A stretch of 64,000 nucleotides of DNA from an uncultured virus (IMG/VR IMGVR_UViG_3300033170_000462) (IMGVR_UViG_3300033170_000462); one strand, 5' to 3'. Counted from the first letter of the stretch, positions 18,906-28,307 are shown. Notes: a model not told the origin generated them from the sequence alone. Program-made: numbers and translations.

Positions 18906-19259
18906 GTGGCCTGGAAATCTTGGCTGCATTTTGATGGAACGATGTTCGACGATTATTTCATCGTAGGCATTACCACACCACAAGGGAACTACTCCTATCA
19001 CTATCACAAGGACCATTGGGGCATGTTCGACGTGCCGGTAATGGACCGTGCTCCGGAATGGGACGGCCACGTTCCTAGTGATATAGACAGGCTGCTGTCT
19101 TTAACCACCAAAAGATCGCCTGCCCGATACGGCTTTTGCCCGGTGTGCGGAGCCATCGGCATTATCCGTGAGCGCCGGCCGGATGGGAACGACACCTGTG
19201 CCAGAGGGCATCAATACCCATCGGCCCAAGCCCTGACAGAGCAACCTGTGGCATGCTGA
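18906..19259 (+). CDS. WDGH-motif phage protein with C-terminal Zn finger (start uncertain)
   Basis: WKSWLHFDG...FIVGITTPQG...SYHY...RAPEWDGH; CPVCG. Confidence 0.65.
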   Translation: MAWKSWLHFDGTMFDDYFIVGITTPQGNYSYHYHKDHWGMFDVPVMDRAPEWDGHVPSDIDRLLSLTTKRSPARYGFCPVCGAIGIIRERRPDGNDTCARGHQYPSAQALTEQPVAC

Positions 19260-19393
19260 CCCGCTGCCCCCTCAAGCGCCTGCAGGGCGACGGCCCGTTC
19301 AAGATGCTGCAGCCCTGCAATGCGCTGTTGGATGTGCGCCCGGGTGCTGGCTTGCCCGACGTGTAACGAGACCTGGACCACGGACGGAAAGGA

Positions 19394-20008
19394 ATGGCCA
19401 GAATGACCGTACAGGAGTTGCTGCACAAATGCCTGCCCCGCCTCAAGGGGCCGCCGGTAGACGGCATGGATATCTTTCAGGCGGTCAACACCCTGTCCGA
19501 TCAGCTATTCGCCCTGCTGGTGTCCCGCAAGTCGGATCTGGTGCAGAACAACGACGGGTCCGTGACATTGGCCCCCGGAGAAAAAACCGGCACCTTGCCG
19601 GCCGACTTCCGCGGACTGGTGGCGCGGCCCTACCTGGCCGACGGCCCCGAACTGGATCCGATTGCCGAACAGGAATGGCCGACGCTGGCCGGACAGACCG
19701 GCACCATCCCTGAGCGGTACTTTCTGGTCGGCTTTGAGATGCGGCTGTTTCCCTACCCCAGTGCCGACGATGACGCCGTAACGGTGCAGGTGCGGTACTG
19801 GCAATATCCGCCTGCGGTCTCCACGGTGGCGGACGCGGTGCCGTTCGGGGGGATTTTGGACCGGGTATATTTGGACCTGTGCCCGGCTGTTTTGACTGGT
19901 CAGGCCCAAGATCTGGAAGCGCTCAGCCTGGCGGTAGCCATGAAGCTGGATGCCTTGTTGACGCACCGCAATTCCGGCCGCCGCCGGGTCGCCGGTCTGT
20001 ACTTTTAA
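19394..20008 (+). CDS. Putative head-tail adaptor protein
   Basis: TLPADF and RLFPYP motifs of podoviral adaptors; position after the head genes. Confidence 0.6.
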   Translation: MARMTVQELLHKCLPRLKGPPVDGMDIFQAVNTLSDQLFALLVSRKSDLVQNNDGSVTLAPGEKTGTLPADFRGLVARPYLADGPELDPIAEQEWPTLAGQTGTIPERYFLVGFEMRLFPYPSADDDAVTVQVRYWQYPPAVSTVADAVPFGGILDRVYLDLCPAVLTGQAQDLEALSLAVAMKLDALLTHRNSGRRRVAGLYF

Positions 20009-20020
20009 CAGGGAGCAACC

Positions 20021-20689
20021 ATGGCCAAGACCGCAAATCAGGTGATTGCCGCCGCGCAGAAAACCTTGCTGGACGATACGGGGGTGCGCTGGCCTGCCAC
20101 GGAACTGCTGGGCTATCTCAACGACGGGCAGCGGGAGATCGTCACCCTCAAGCCCGAAGCCAATACCGTGGCCACGCCCCTGCAGTTGGCGGCGGGCACC
20201 CGTCAAGCCCTGCCGCCCGGTGGCGTCATGCTGCTGGACGTAACCCGCAACCTGGGTACCGACGGACAGACACCGGGGCCTGTCGTGGCCGAAATCCCCC
20301 AGCAGACTTTGGACGCGGTATTGCCGGGCTGGCACATGGCTGCGCCGTCGGCCACCGTTCTGCACTTTTGTTTCGACGAGCGGGATCCGAAGCGCTTTCT
20401 GGTCTATCCGCCGCAGCCGTCGGCCAATCGCGGTTACGTGGAGGTGCTGCATTCGGCCCTGCCTGCGGATTGTACGCTGGAAGGGGCGCTCAGTTTGGCG
20501 GACGAATACGCCAACCTGCTGGGGGATTATGTGTTGTCTCGCGCCTACGCCAAGGATACCGAGGCCAGCAGCGACGCCAAGGCCGCCGGCTATCGTCAGT
20601 CCTTCCTGCAGGGACTGGGGGTCAAAGAGGTGGCCGAGGCCAAGAACGAACCCGCCAAGAGCCGCAGGCCGGGGCCTGCCCAACCATAA
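20021..20689 (+). CDS. Phage adaptor protein (DUF6682-like)
   Basis: VRWPATELLGYLNDGQREIV, FLVYPP, DYVLSRAYAKD. Confidence 0.75.
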   Translation: MAKTANQVIAAAQKTLLDDTGVRWPATELLGYLNDGQREIVTLKPEANTVATPLQLAAGTRQALPPGGVMLLDVTRNLGTDGQTPGPVVAEIPQQTLDAVLPGWHMAAPSATVLHFCFDERDPKRFLVYPPQPSANRGYVEVLHSALPADCTLEGALSLADEYANLLGDYVLSRAYAKDTEASSDAKAAGYRQSFLQGLGVKEVAEAKNEPAKSRRPGPAQP

Positions 20690-20702
20690 GGAGTAGCAGA
20701 CC

Positions 20703-21017
20703 ATGAAAGAACTGTTGATGCACCAGGGCAACGTGATCCCGGTTTTGCGTGGGACCGGTGGCGCCGGAAAGTTGGACGTGACCGCCGCCAGCGCCGCTTC
20801 GGCGGCCTTTGCAGAGCAAACGCTGGTGGTGTTCATGCCCGACGTGGACATGGACATCAAGATAGGCCGCGGCACGCCCGTGGCCACCACCGATGGCACG
20901 TCGGATCGGGTATTCGGGGGGATGCCGTCCCTGCCGTATCTGGTGCAGGCGGGGGAATCGGTGGCCGGTATCGTGGCGGAAGGTTCCGGCGCGTTGCGCT
21001 GGGTCAAGGTAGGGTAA
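20703..21017 (+). CDS. Virion-associated hypothetical protein
   Basis: AAGGAG RBS; GC3-rich codons. Confidence 0.65.
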   Translation: MKELLMHQGNVIPVLRGTGGAGKLDVTAASAASAAFAEQTLVVFMPDVDMDIKIGRGTPVATTDGTSDRVFGGMPSLPYLVQAGESVAGIVAEGSGALRWVKVG

Positions 21018-21019
21018 CC

Positions 21020-21187
21020 ATGATCCGGCGCATGGGCAGGCTTGGTTTTGGGTTGACGGCCGGCTTCGGTACCGGCGGCAAGGTGCCGCCGCCCCGGTTT
21101 TACTGTCGGACCGCAGGGGGCGGGCAGGAGCTGTTTTTGACCTCTGACGGAGAGCCTCTAATTCTGGAGCGGAGGAAGGCACAATGA
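21020..21187 (+). CDS. Small hypothetical protein (55 aa)
   Basis: Fills the gap between genes; its stop overlaps the start of the DGR target (ATGA). Confidence 0.5.
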   Translation: MIRRMGRLGFGLTAGFGTGGKVPPPRFYCRTAGGGQELFLTSDGEPLILERRKAQ

Positions 21188-22458
21188 GTTATCTATCCCA
21201 GTTTACCGGCGCTCAAATCGATGCCGCCATTGCCAACATGCTGGCCATGACCGGCGGGTTGCCCGGCGCGGCAGCGTCCGATTACGTCGGCGCCGCCTAC
21301 AACATCACCACCGATACCTGGCAGCGCCTGGGCTCGGCGCAGGGCCTGCCCATGGGACAGTTCCCGGGTACCTACATCAGCCCTATCTTTCAGCGCCTGC
21401 GTCGGGTGGTTTTGGCCGATAACGGCACGGTGTTCAAGGGCATCAGCTGGGCGGACTTCCGCAAGCACGATGACGGGACCGACGTGGCCCTCGATGGGAC
21501 CAACGGCCAGATCATGATGGAATATCTCCCCGCCTATGTCAAAACCGGCATCTGGGGCGATTGGTATTTCATCCTGCTCAGCCATCTGCCCGTGGAAGGG
21601 TTCGCTCTGCATCCGGTGTTCGCGGATTCCAGCGCGGTCTATCTGGGGGCTTATGAGGCATCTCTGGTGCCGGGCCAGACGAAACTCTCTTCAATCGCCC
21701 GGGACCCTCGCGACGGCACGTCTCCGGTCTGGCCGGTCACGACGCGTAGCGGCGATTGGGGCCATGCCGGACTGACTACGGCGGCCACGGACAGTCTGGC
21801 CGAAGCGCGGGGCGCAGGCTGGCAACAAGCGGATCTCATGACCCGACACTGGGAGCGGTTGCTGATGCTGGTGGCTTTCGCGGGCTGGAATTTTCAGTCG
21901 ATGGTGGGCAACGGCCGGGCGGGATATTCGGGAGGCAGCTGGCTGAACGATGACTACATCGGTCGCTGTGGGCTGGGGGATGCGGCGGGCGGCTACCATT
22001 CGGCCGTGCAGGCGGGGTATGCCACCGGCCGATTGACCGACTATGCACAGGTGCTGGGGGTAGAAAATACCTACGGCAACGTCTGGGACCGCGTGGCGTC
22101 ACTGGTTTCTGATTATGCGGTCTATTACAAAACCAAGCCGCCGTTTAACTATGCGTCAGTTGCCAGCTGGACGCGATTGCTCAATGCGGTAGGGGTCGGC
22201 CTTCTCCTGCCCAATTCTGACGGGTATGGTGGCAAGCCTCACAGCGGCCTGGGGATTGTCTTCCCTGCTGACGTGACCGGCAGTTCCAGCACGAAAATGA
22301 CCGACTATTTCTATCAAGCGGCGGGTCTCCGCGTTTTCCTGGTAGGCGGTAACGCGGCGGGCGGCGCGAGTGCGGGTCCGTTCTCTTGGTATGCGGGTCA
22401 CGCGGCTTCGTCTGCGGGTGCGACTATCGGCGGGCGGCTCTGCTTCAAGAAAACGTAA
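21184..22458 (+). CDS. DGR target protein, probable receptor-binding tail protein with C-terminal CLec-type fold
   Basis: YLGAYEA, GVENTYGNVWD and a terminal RVFLVGG...IGGRLCF region that is the VR. Confidence 0.88.
   Translation: MSYLSQFTGAQIDAAIANMLAMTGGLPGAAASDYVGAAYNITTDTWQRLGSAQGLPMGQFPGTYISPIFQRLRRVVLADNGTVFKGISWADFRKHDDGTDVALDGTNGQIMMEYLPAYVKTGIWGDWYFILLSHLPVEGFALHPVFADSSAVYLGAYEASLVPGQTKLSSIARDPRDGTSPVWPVTTRSGDWGHAGLTTAATDSLAEARGAGWQQADLMTRHWERLLMLVAFAGWNFQSMVGNGRAGYSGGSWLNDDYIGRCGLGDAAGGYHSAVQAGYATGRLTDYAQVLGVENTYGNVWDRVASLVSDYAVYYKTKPPFNYASVASWTRLLNAVGVGLLLPNSDGYGGKPHSGLGIVFPADVTGSSSTKMTDYFYQAAGLRVFLVGGNAAGGASAGPFSWYAGHAASSAGATIGGRLCFKKT
22318..22447 (+). repeat. DGR variable repeat (VR)
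   Basis: 130 bp, colinear with the TR; differs at 19 positions, all adenine in the TR. Confidence 0.96.
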
Positions 22459-22519
22459 TACGGACACGGGCACGTTATGCGTCCGCAGAAATTTTGAAAC
22501 AAGGGAGGTCCGGTTTATT

Positions 22520-22649
22520 GCAGCAGGTCTCCGCGTTTTCCTGGTAGGCAGTAACGCGACGAACGGCACGAATGCGGGTCCGTTCTATTGGAATGCGAAT
22601 CACGCGGCTTCGAATACGGATGCGAATATCGGCAGGCAGCTCTGCTTCA
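22520..22649 (+). ncRNA. DGR template repeat (TR)
   Basis: 130 bp, rich in AAC/AAT codons, between the target gene and the RT. Confidence 0.96.
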
Positions 22650-22753
22650 TCGTAGAAAACCGGGACTCCTTGCCTCTTGGCAAAACAGATGGAAAGCCCG
22701 CTGTTTGTGCTGGTAGAGAAATCGAACGTTCAAAGGGCTATGAAGCAGCAATC

Positions 22754-23719
22754 GTGAAACGATACGGGAACTTGTGGAACAAGATCTGTTCGATGGACAA
22801 CATCGAGCAGGCCCATGCCCGGGCGAAAAAGGGCAAGCGGCACTATACGGAAGTGAAGATGGTGGATGGTGACCCGGAGAAATACCTGGGCCAGATTCAT
22901 CGGACCTTGACGGAGCGGGCGTTTGTGAATTCGCCCTACACCATTTTGATTAAGCGGGAAGGCCCGAAGGAGCGCGAGATATGGAAGCTGCCGTACTTCC
23001 CGGATCGGATTATCCATCATGCCATTGTCAACGTGTTGGAACCGATCTGGATGCGGCAGTTGATCCGCGACACCTTTGCGGCCTTGCCGGGCCGGGGCAT
23101 TCACGACGGAGTGCGGCGGGTCAAAAAGGCCCTGGATGACGTGGAGGGCACACGGTATTGCCTGAAGATGGACGTGAAGAAGTTCTATCAGTCCATCGAT
23201 CACGACACGCTGAAACGAATTCTGCGCCGCAAGATCAAGGATGCCGATGTGTTGTGGTTGCTGGATCGGATTATCGACAGCGCGCCGGGCGTGCCCATCG
23301 GCAACTTCACGAGCCAGCATTTCGGCAATCTGTATCTGTCGGATCTGGACCATTGGATCAAAGAGGTCCTGGGCGTTCGGTACTACTATCGGTATTGTGA
23401 CGATCTGGTTTTGCTGGACGGCGACAAGGGCCGACTGCACGACTGGCGAAAACGGATTGACGCCTATCTGGCGGAAAAGCTCAGGCTGGGGCTGAAGGAA
23501 ACCTGGCAGGTGTTTCCGGTGGATGCGCGGGGCCTGGATTTTCTCGGCTATCGGTTCTTTCACGGCTATACGCTGGTGCGTAAATCCATCGTCAAGGCCT
23601 TTAAGCGCAAGCTCAAAGCTGGCAATCCCCGCACGCGGGCCGCTTACAACGGTTGGTTTATCTGGGCGGACACCTACCGCCTGCGACAAAAATACCCACA
23701 GAGAAGGGGTGCATCATGA
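22754..23719 (+). CDS. DGR reverse transcriptase
   Basis: GTG start giving MKRYGNLW...; PYFPDRIIHHA, CLKMDVKKFY, GVPIGNFTSQHFGN (DGR-type SQ), YYRYCDD, GLDFLGY; 321 aa with no maturase or endonuclease domain. Confidence 0.95.
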   Translation: MKRYGNLWNKICSMDNIEQAHARAKKGKRHYTEVKMVDGDPEKYLGQIHRTLTERAFVNSPYTILIKREGPKEREIWKLPYFPDRIIHHAIVNVLEPIWMRQLIRDTFAALPGRGIHDGVRRVKKALDDVEGTRYCLKMDVKKFYQSIDHDTLKRILRRKIKDADVLWLLDRIIDSAPGVPIGNFTSQHFGNLYLSDLDHWIKEVLGVRYYYRYCDDLVLLDGDKGRLHDWRKRIDAYLAEKLRLGLKETWQVFPVDARGLDFLGYRFFHGYTLVRKSIVKAFKRKLKAGNPRTRAAYNGWFIWADTYRLRQKYPQRRGAS

Positions 23720-24147
23720 GAGGCAGCAGCACGCAACAGCCCGATACGATTGTTTTGCACGGCGGCGGCTATCAGTTCCGCTTCAATATCGAGCAGGTTT
23801 CCCGCGAGGTGGACGGGGAGACGGTCGCCGAATGGCAGTACGACTATACCAATGTGCCCATGAGTGTCGTGGGGGAGGACCTGGAGCGCTGCTACCGCAA
23901 GACGGTACGGGCGCACCGGATGGCTACTCTGAGGGTAACAACGGCCAGCGGCAAAGTGTTTGACGCGGACGAAATCTCCCAGACCCGCATGGCGCGGGTA
24001 CTGACGGCGGCGGATGCCATCGGTCAACCGGACGCCAGCTGGTCCTGGGTGCTGGCGGACAACACGGTGGCGGAGGTGACGGCCGCCGAAATGCGTGAGG
24101 CTTTGGCCCTGGCCATGCAGGCCCAAGCGGAGGTCTGGTTCATTTGA
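23716..24147 (+). CDS. DUF4376-like tail-fibre-associated protein
   Basis: GKVFDADEISQTRM...WVLADNTVAEVTAAEM; ATGA-coupled to the RT. Confidence 0.7.
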   Translation: MRGSSTQQPDTIVLHGGGYQFRFNIEQVSREVDGETVAEWQYDYTNVPMSVVGEDLERCYRKTVRAHRMATLRVTTASGKVFDADEISQTRMARVLTAADAIGQPDASWSWVLADNTVAEVTAAEMREALALAMQAQAEVWFI

Positions 24148-24148
24148 C

Positions 24149-24442
24149 ATGCAACGGTTTGCGGATTTTGCGGACGACCCGGGCATTCTCGACGGGGCCA
24201 AGGTCCGGATTGATGATGTGCTGAATCGGGAGCTCGCAATTACCGGCTATGCCGTCAAGACCAGCAAGTTCAGTAAAAACAAGTCGGGCAAATACCTGAC
24301 GCTGCAGTTTCGCCTGGACGATGACAAGCGGGTCCTGTTCACCGGTTCGGATGTGCTGATTGACCAGATGGAGAAATACGGGGACCGGGTTCCGTTCACG
24401 GCGACGATTCGCAAGGTGGACCGGTTTTATACGTTGAGTTGA
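24149..24442 (+). CDS. Small beta-rich hypothetical protein, candidate DGR accessory factor
   Basis: MQRFADF...IDDVLNREL...VLFTGSDVLIDQ...PFTATI; starts 1 nt after the upstream stop. Confidence 0.7.
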   Translation: MQRFADFADDPGILDGAKVRIDDVLNRELAITGYAVKTSKFSKNKSGKYLTLQFRLDDDKRVLFTGSDVLIDQMEKYGDRVPFTATIRKVDRFYTLS

Positions 24443-24460
24443 GGGGGAAGGTGAGTCACG

Positions 24461-24712
24461 GTGAAATGGGTGGCCTACCACAACGGGAAAGAGATCCCCT
24501 ACTGGTTGGGGGTATTGTTGGCCATGGATCAGTTCGTCGGCGCTCTCTGGCCGGGGGCGGACATCGACGAAACCATCAGCAGCCGCATCGGCCGGCGCAA
24601 GCAGAAGATGGGCGGGCATATCCCCTTTTGGCGGCACCCGGTGGCCGCCACCATTGACCGCGTGTTGGAACGCGTTGACCCGGGGCACAGTATCCGCTCC
24701 ATAGGAGCCTGA
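24461..24712 (+). CDS. Small phage protein
   Basis: LLAMDQFVGAL...DETISSRIGR...DPGHS motif seen in small tail-region proteins. Confidence 0.65.
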   Translation: MKWVAYHNGKEIPYWLGVLLAMDQFVGALWPGADIDETISSRIGRRKQKMGGHIPFWRHPVAATIDRVLERVDPGHSIRSIGA

Positions 24713-24717
24713 AGAAC

Positions 24718-26523
24718 ATGGTCATTCGTATCGATACCTTTAAGGGCCTGCTCCCCAAGCTGGCTCCGGATCTGCTGCCGGTGGAAGCGGCTCAAATCGC
24801 CCGCAACTGCAACCTGGAACGGGGCAACCTGCAGGCCTTCAAGGACCTGCTGCAGGTGGTGACCCCGGCCAAGGCCGGAACCAAGCAGAGCATCTATCTA
24901 TTTGCCGACGCCTTCTGGTTCCACTGGCTGGCCGATGTGAACGTGGTGCGCGGCGCGGTGGCCGGCGACACGCAACAGCGCACCTACTTCACCGGTGACG
25001 GCGCGCCCAAGGTTACCGACAGCAGCATTGCCACGGCGGGCGGGACGCAATATCCCACCAACGCCTGGCAGTTGGGGGTTCCGGCTCCGACCACGGCGCC
25101 AACAGTAAGCCCGGCGGCACAGACCGGAACCATTACGGCCATCACCAAAGCCAACCCGGCCAAAGCCACCAGCAATAACCACGGCCTGAAAACCGGGCAA
25201 CGGACGGCACTGAGCGTGACCGGCATGACCCAACTCAACGGCTGGGAAGGTCCGGTTACGGTGGTCGATGCCCATAACTTCACTCTGGACAACGTTGATT
25301 CCAGCAGCTACTCGGATTTTACCGCCGGCACCTGGACGCGAGCCTGGGCGGACCCGGACAAGGAAGACCGAGCCTATGTCTGCACCTACGTTTCCGGTTA
25401 CGGCGAGGAAGGCCCGCCGTCGGATCCCTCTGGCATCACCACTTGCGGCGTGGATCAGACCGTCAATTTGAGCGCCATCCCCGGCCCGCCAGAGGGCAAC
25501 TTCAACGTCGTCAAGGTGCGCATTTACCGCACCCACGGCAGCAATTACCTGTATGTCGGCGAGGTGGCCGCCGGGACTACGGTCTTTACCGACAACGTGG
25601 GTCCCGCTTCTTTAGGCGAGGCCCTTCCCAGTACCACCTGGGTAGCGCCGCCAGCCAACCTGCAGGGTCTGATCGAACTGCCCAACGGCGGCATGGCCGG
25701 GCTTGCCGGTAACCAAATCTGCTTTGCGGAGCCCTACCAATATCACGCCTGGCCGGTGGGCTACCGGCAGGCGTTCAACGATCCGGTGGCGCTGTGCGCG
25801 TTCGGCACCTCCATCCTGGTGGCCACCAAGGATCTGCCCTATGTCCTGACCGGGGCACACCCGAGCGCCATGGCCGTGGAAAAGCTGGAGGTCAACTATC
25901 CGTGCGTATCCAAGCGTGGCATGGCGGATCTGGGATACGGGGCGCTGTACCCGTCTACGGATGGCTTAGTGCTAATCGGGGTGGGGGCGGCCAAGCTGGC
26001 CACGGCGGAACTGTTGACCCGAGACCAGTGGCAGGCCTACAAACCGGATTCCGTGTTGGGCATTGGTCACAACGGCAAGTATTACGGGTTTTACAATACC
26101 GGCGCGGTGCAGGCCGGTTTCGTTCTCGATCCGGTCAACGGTACTCTGGTGGATATCGACGTGTACGCCACGGCCGCCCATTCGGACCCCAAGACCGGCA
26201 AGCTCTATCTGATGGTGGGCAACGATATCAAGCAGTGGGACGGCGGTAGCAGGCGGCTGACATACACCTGGAAGAGTAAACCCTTTGCGGCGCCGAGGCC
26301 CATCAATCCCGGCGTCGGACAGGTCAAGGCGGACACCTACCCGGTGACGCTGAAGATCTCCGCTGACGGCACCCTCAAGCATACCCAGACCGTCGCCAAC
26401 AATCAGCCGTTCCGCCTGCCGGGCGGATACCTGGCGGAGCGCTTTGAGCTGGAGCTGAGCGGCACGGCACCGGTGCGCCAGGTCTTTCTGGCGGAAACCG
26501 CCGCAGAATTGAGGAACGTCTGA
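24718..26523 (+). CDS. Podoviral tail (nozzle/stabilisation-like) protein
   Basis: 601 aa beta-rich; FKGLLPKLAPDLLP, YVCTYVSGYGEEGPPS, FAEPYQYHAWP, YTWKSK. Confidence 0.8.
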   Translation: MVIRIDTFKGLLPKLAPDLLPVEAAQIARNCNLERGNLQAFKDLLQVVTPAKAGTKQSIYLFADAFWFHWLADVNVVRGAVAGDTQQRTYFTGDGAPKVTDSSIATAGGTQYPTNAWQLGVPAPTTAPTVSPAAQTGTITAITKANPAKATSNNHGLKTGQRTALSVTGMTQLNGWEGPVTVVDAHNFTLDNVDSSSYSDFTAGTWTRAWADPDKEDRAYVCTYVSGYGEEGPPSDPSGITTCGVDQTVNLSAIPGPPEGNFNVVKVRIYRTHGSNYLYVGEVAAGTTVFTDNVGPASLGEALPSTTWVAPPANLQGLIELPNGGMAGLAGNQICFAEPYQYHAWPVGYRQAFNDPVALCAFGTSILVATKDLPYVLTGAHPSAMAVEKLEVNYPCVSKRGMADLGYGALYPSTDGLVLIGVGAAKLATAELLTRDQWQAYKPDSVLGIGHNGKYYGFYNTGAVQAGFVLDPVNGTLVDIDVYATAAHSDPKTGKLYLMVGNDIKQWDGGSRRLTYTWKSKPFAAPRPINPGVGQVKADTYPVTLKISADGTLKHTQTVANNQPFRLPGGYLAERFELELSGTAPVRQVFLAETAAELRNV

Positions 26524-28307
26524 TGCCGACCCCGGTCCAAACCATCACCGTTCCGGCCCTGTCCTCCAAGGTCGATCCGGAAGTCAAGCGAGCGCTGCAG
26601 GCTCTCGTTATGCACCTGCAGAAGGTGGCGGCAGAGGCCTCGAGCACCGACGCGGCAGGAACACAGGACGCAGGCCTCAGCGAAGCGGACGTGGTGCAAA
26701 TCGTGGAAGAGGTGCTATCGGAAACGCCCCTGTTTCAGCCGGACTATACCCTTCCTGTCGCAGTTACGGGGCTGGTCGCGACGGGTGGGTTCAACCAAAT
26801 CCTACTGGAATGGGAGCCGGTAGTCGCCGGATACGTTGGGCATTACGAGGTGTTCCGCAACACAGTCGACAACCTGGCCGAAGCGGTCAAGATCGGGACA
26901 ACCAGTTCCTCAATGTATGCCGACTCTCCGCCGGATTCTTCCCTGTCCACGACCTATTACTATTGGGTGCGGGCGGTCAACAAGTGGGATGCGTCCATTG
27001 TCGGGCCGTTCAACGCCACACCGGGCACGGCGGCCCGCTCGGCGGACGACCCGGACTATCTGCTGCAGCTGGCGGCGGAGAAATGGCGGGCCAGTCATAA
27101 CTACGCCCTGGGCGATCTGGTCATGCCAACCCGGCCAACCGGGTACTGCTATGAGGTGACCACGGACGGCGGCTCTTCGGGAGCGACGGAACCGGCATGG
27201 CCGACGGTGTTGGAGGCAACGGTCAGCGACGGCGCCCTGATCTGGACCTGCAAGGCGGCCTTTTCCTTTGAACAGTTTTTCAAGCTGGCCTTGGTTGAAG
27301 GCGTTCCCCGGCTGACGCTGAAAGACTTGTTTCTGGCGGACGGCATTATCAAAAAGGCCATGATGGCGGAATTGTCGGTAGACGATGCCAACATTATCAG
27401 CTTGTCCGGCAACAAGATTACCGCCAACAGCATCACGGCTAGTCAATACCATGAATTGCGGAATTCTCTGATCTTTAATGGATGGGATTCGCTCGACAAT
27501 GTTTACCCCTTTGAATTTCCGTTCTTATTGCTGTCAGAATTGACGGCGATTCAATCTATTAAATTATCGTTCAAGATTATGCCGTATAGAGGGTATTCTA
27601 AAGCGGCTCTTACAGCAGCTCCGTCAACCACGCAGGTGGACATTCCGACCCATAACCATAGCTTCAATATTACCCGGCTTTCGTCAACCGGCACTTGGCC
27701 GCCACTTTATTATGGGGACGGGAAACTATGGTTAATTACCAGCACGACTGGGAGTAAAACATTCACCCTGACCACAACGGACGGGCACAATCATACTTTT
27801 ATCGCCTATTTCACAACGGTCACCACCGGGAAAACTGAAGTCAAATACGACTTTGCCACGGGGTTGCTGGTGGGTGGCGGCAAAATATTTACCAGTTCCG
27901 GCGATGGGCACGTGCATGTGCTGGACTGCTCCAGCCCGGCACACGGGACAACGCTGCCTGTGGTGTATGACGGCAGCTCTAGCCTGCGCCTGTACGACCC
28001 GAGCGGATCTTGGACTACCAAGACAGTGCTGACCGAGGAGTCGCCGAGCAAGCATTACCATACCGTCAGCCATGCACACGATATTTCCTTCGGCATCTTC
28101 GAGGAAAACAACAGCCCGACCATTAACCTGCAGGTGGACAACGGGGCCGGGTTTGGCGGAGCCATTGGGCCCTACACCACGGACCAGCTGAATCTGGACT
28201 TAACCAGCCTGATTTCCGGTGCAGGCTGGAAGCGTATTCGGTTTGCCGCCAGCGCCCGCTGCCGAATTGCCTTTGTGTTGGAATGTAAACTGGACATTTC
28301 CGCCTAA
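26523..28307 (+). CDS. Tail fibre protein (FN3-like domain, HxH repeats)
   Basis: YYYWVRAVN FN3-like motif; THNH, GHNH, GHVH and HYH/HAH motifs in a lower-GC distal part. Confidence 0.75.
   Translation: MPTPVQTITVPALSSKVDPEVKRALQALVMHLQKVAAEASSTDAAGTQDAGLSEADVVQIVEEVLSETPLFQPDYTLPVAVTGLVATGGFNQILLEWEPVVAGYVGHYEVFRNTVDNLAEAVKIGTTSSSMYADSPPDSSLSTTYYYWVRAVNKWDASIVGPFNATPGTAARSADDPDYLLQLAAEKWRASHNYALGDLVMPTRPTGYCYEVTTDGGSSGATEPAWPTVLEATVSDGALIWTCKAAFSFEQFFKLALVEGVPRLTLKDLFLADGIIKKAMMAELSVDDANIISLSGNKITANSITASQYHELRNSLIFNGWDSLDNVYPFEFPFLLLSELTAIQSIKLSFKIMPYRGYSKAALTAAPSTTQVDIPTHNHSFNITRLSSTGTWPPLYYGDGKLWLITSTTGSKTFTLTTTDGHNHTFIAYFTTVTTGKTEVKYDFATGLLVGGGKIFTSSGDGHVHVLDCSSPAHGTTLPVVYDGSSSLRLYDPSGSWTTKTVLTEESPSKHYHTVSHAHDISFGIFEENNSPTINLQVDNGAGFGGAIGPYTTDQLNLDLTSLISGAGWKRIRFAASARCRIAFVLECKLDISA

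Noticed and set aside
22459..22486. Canonical DGR hairpin/cruciform after the VR
   Set aside because: Only a 5-bp CGGAC/GTCCG stem with a long loop; too weak to call.
22370..23719. RT as a group II intron, retron or Abi RT, or as a 449-aa protein starting at 22370
   Set aside because: The adjacent TR/VR pair, SQ motif and short length identify a DGR RT. The upstream extension is just VR/TR sequence, and the typical MKR start is at 22754.
24718..28307. A second DGR variable repeat in other tail genes
   Set aside because: I found no further copy of the TR by eye. A computational search of the whole genome is still warranted.
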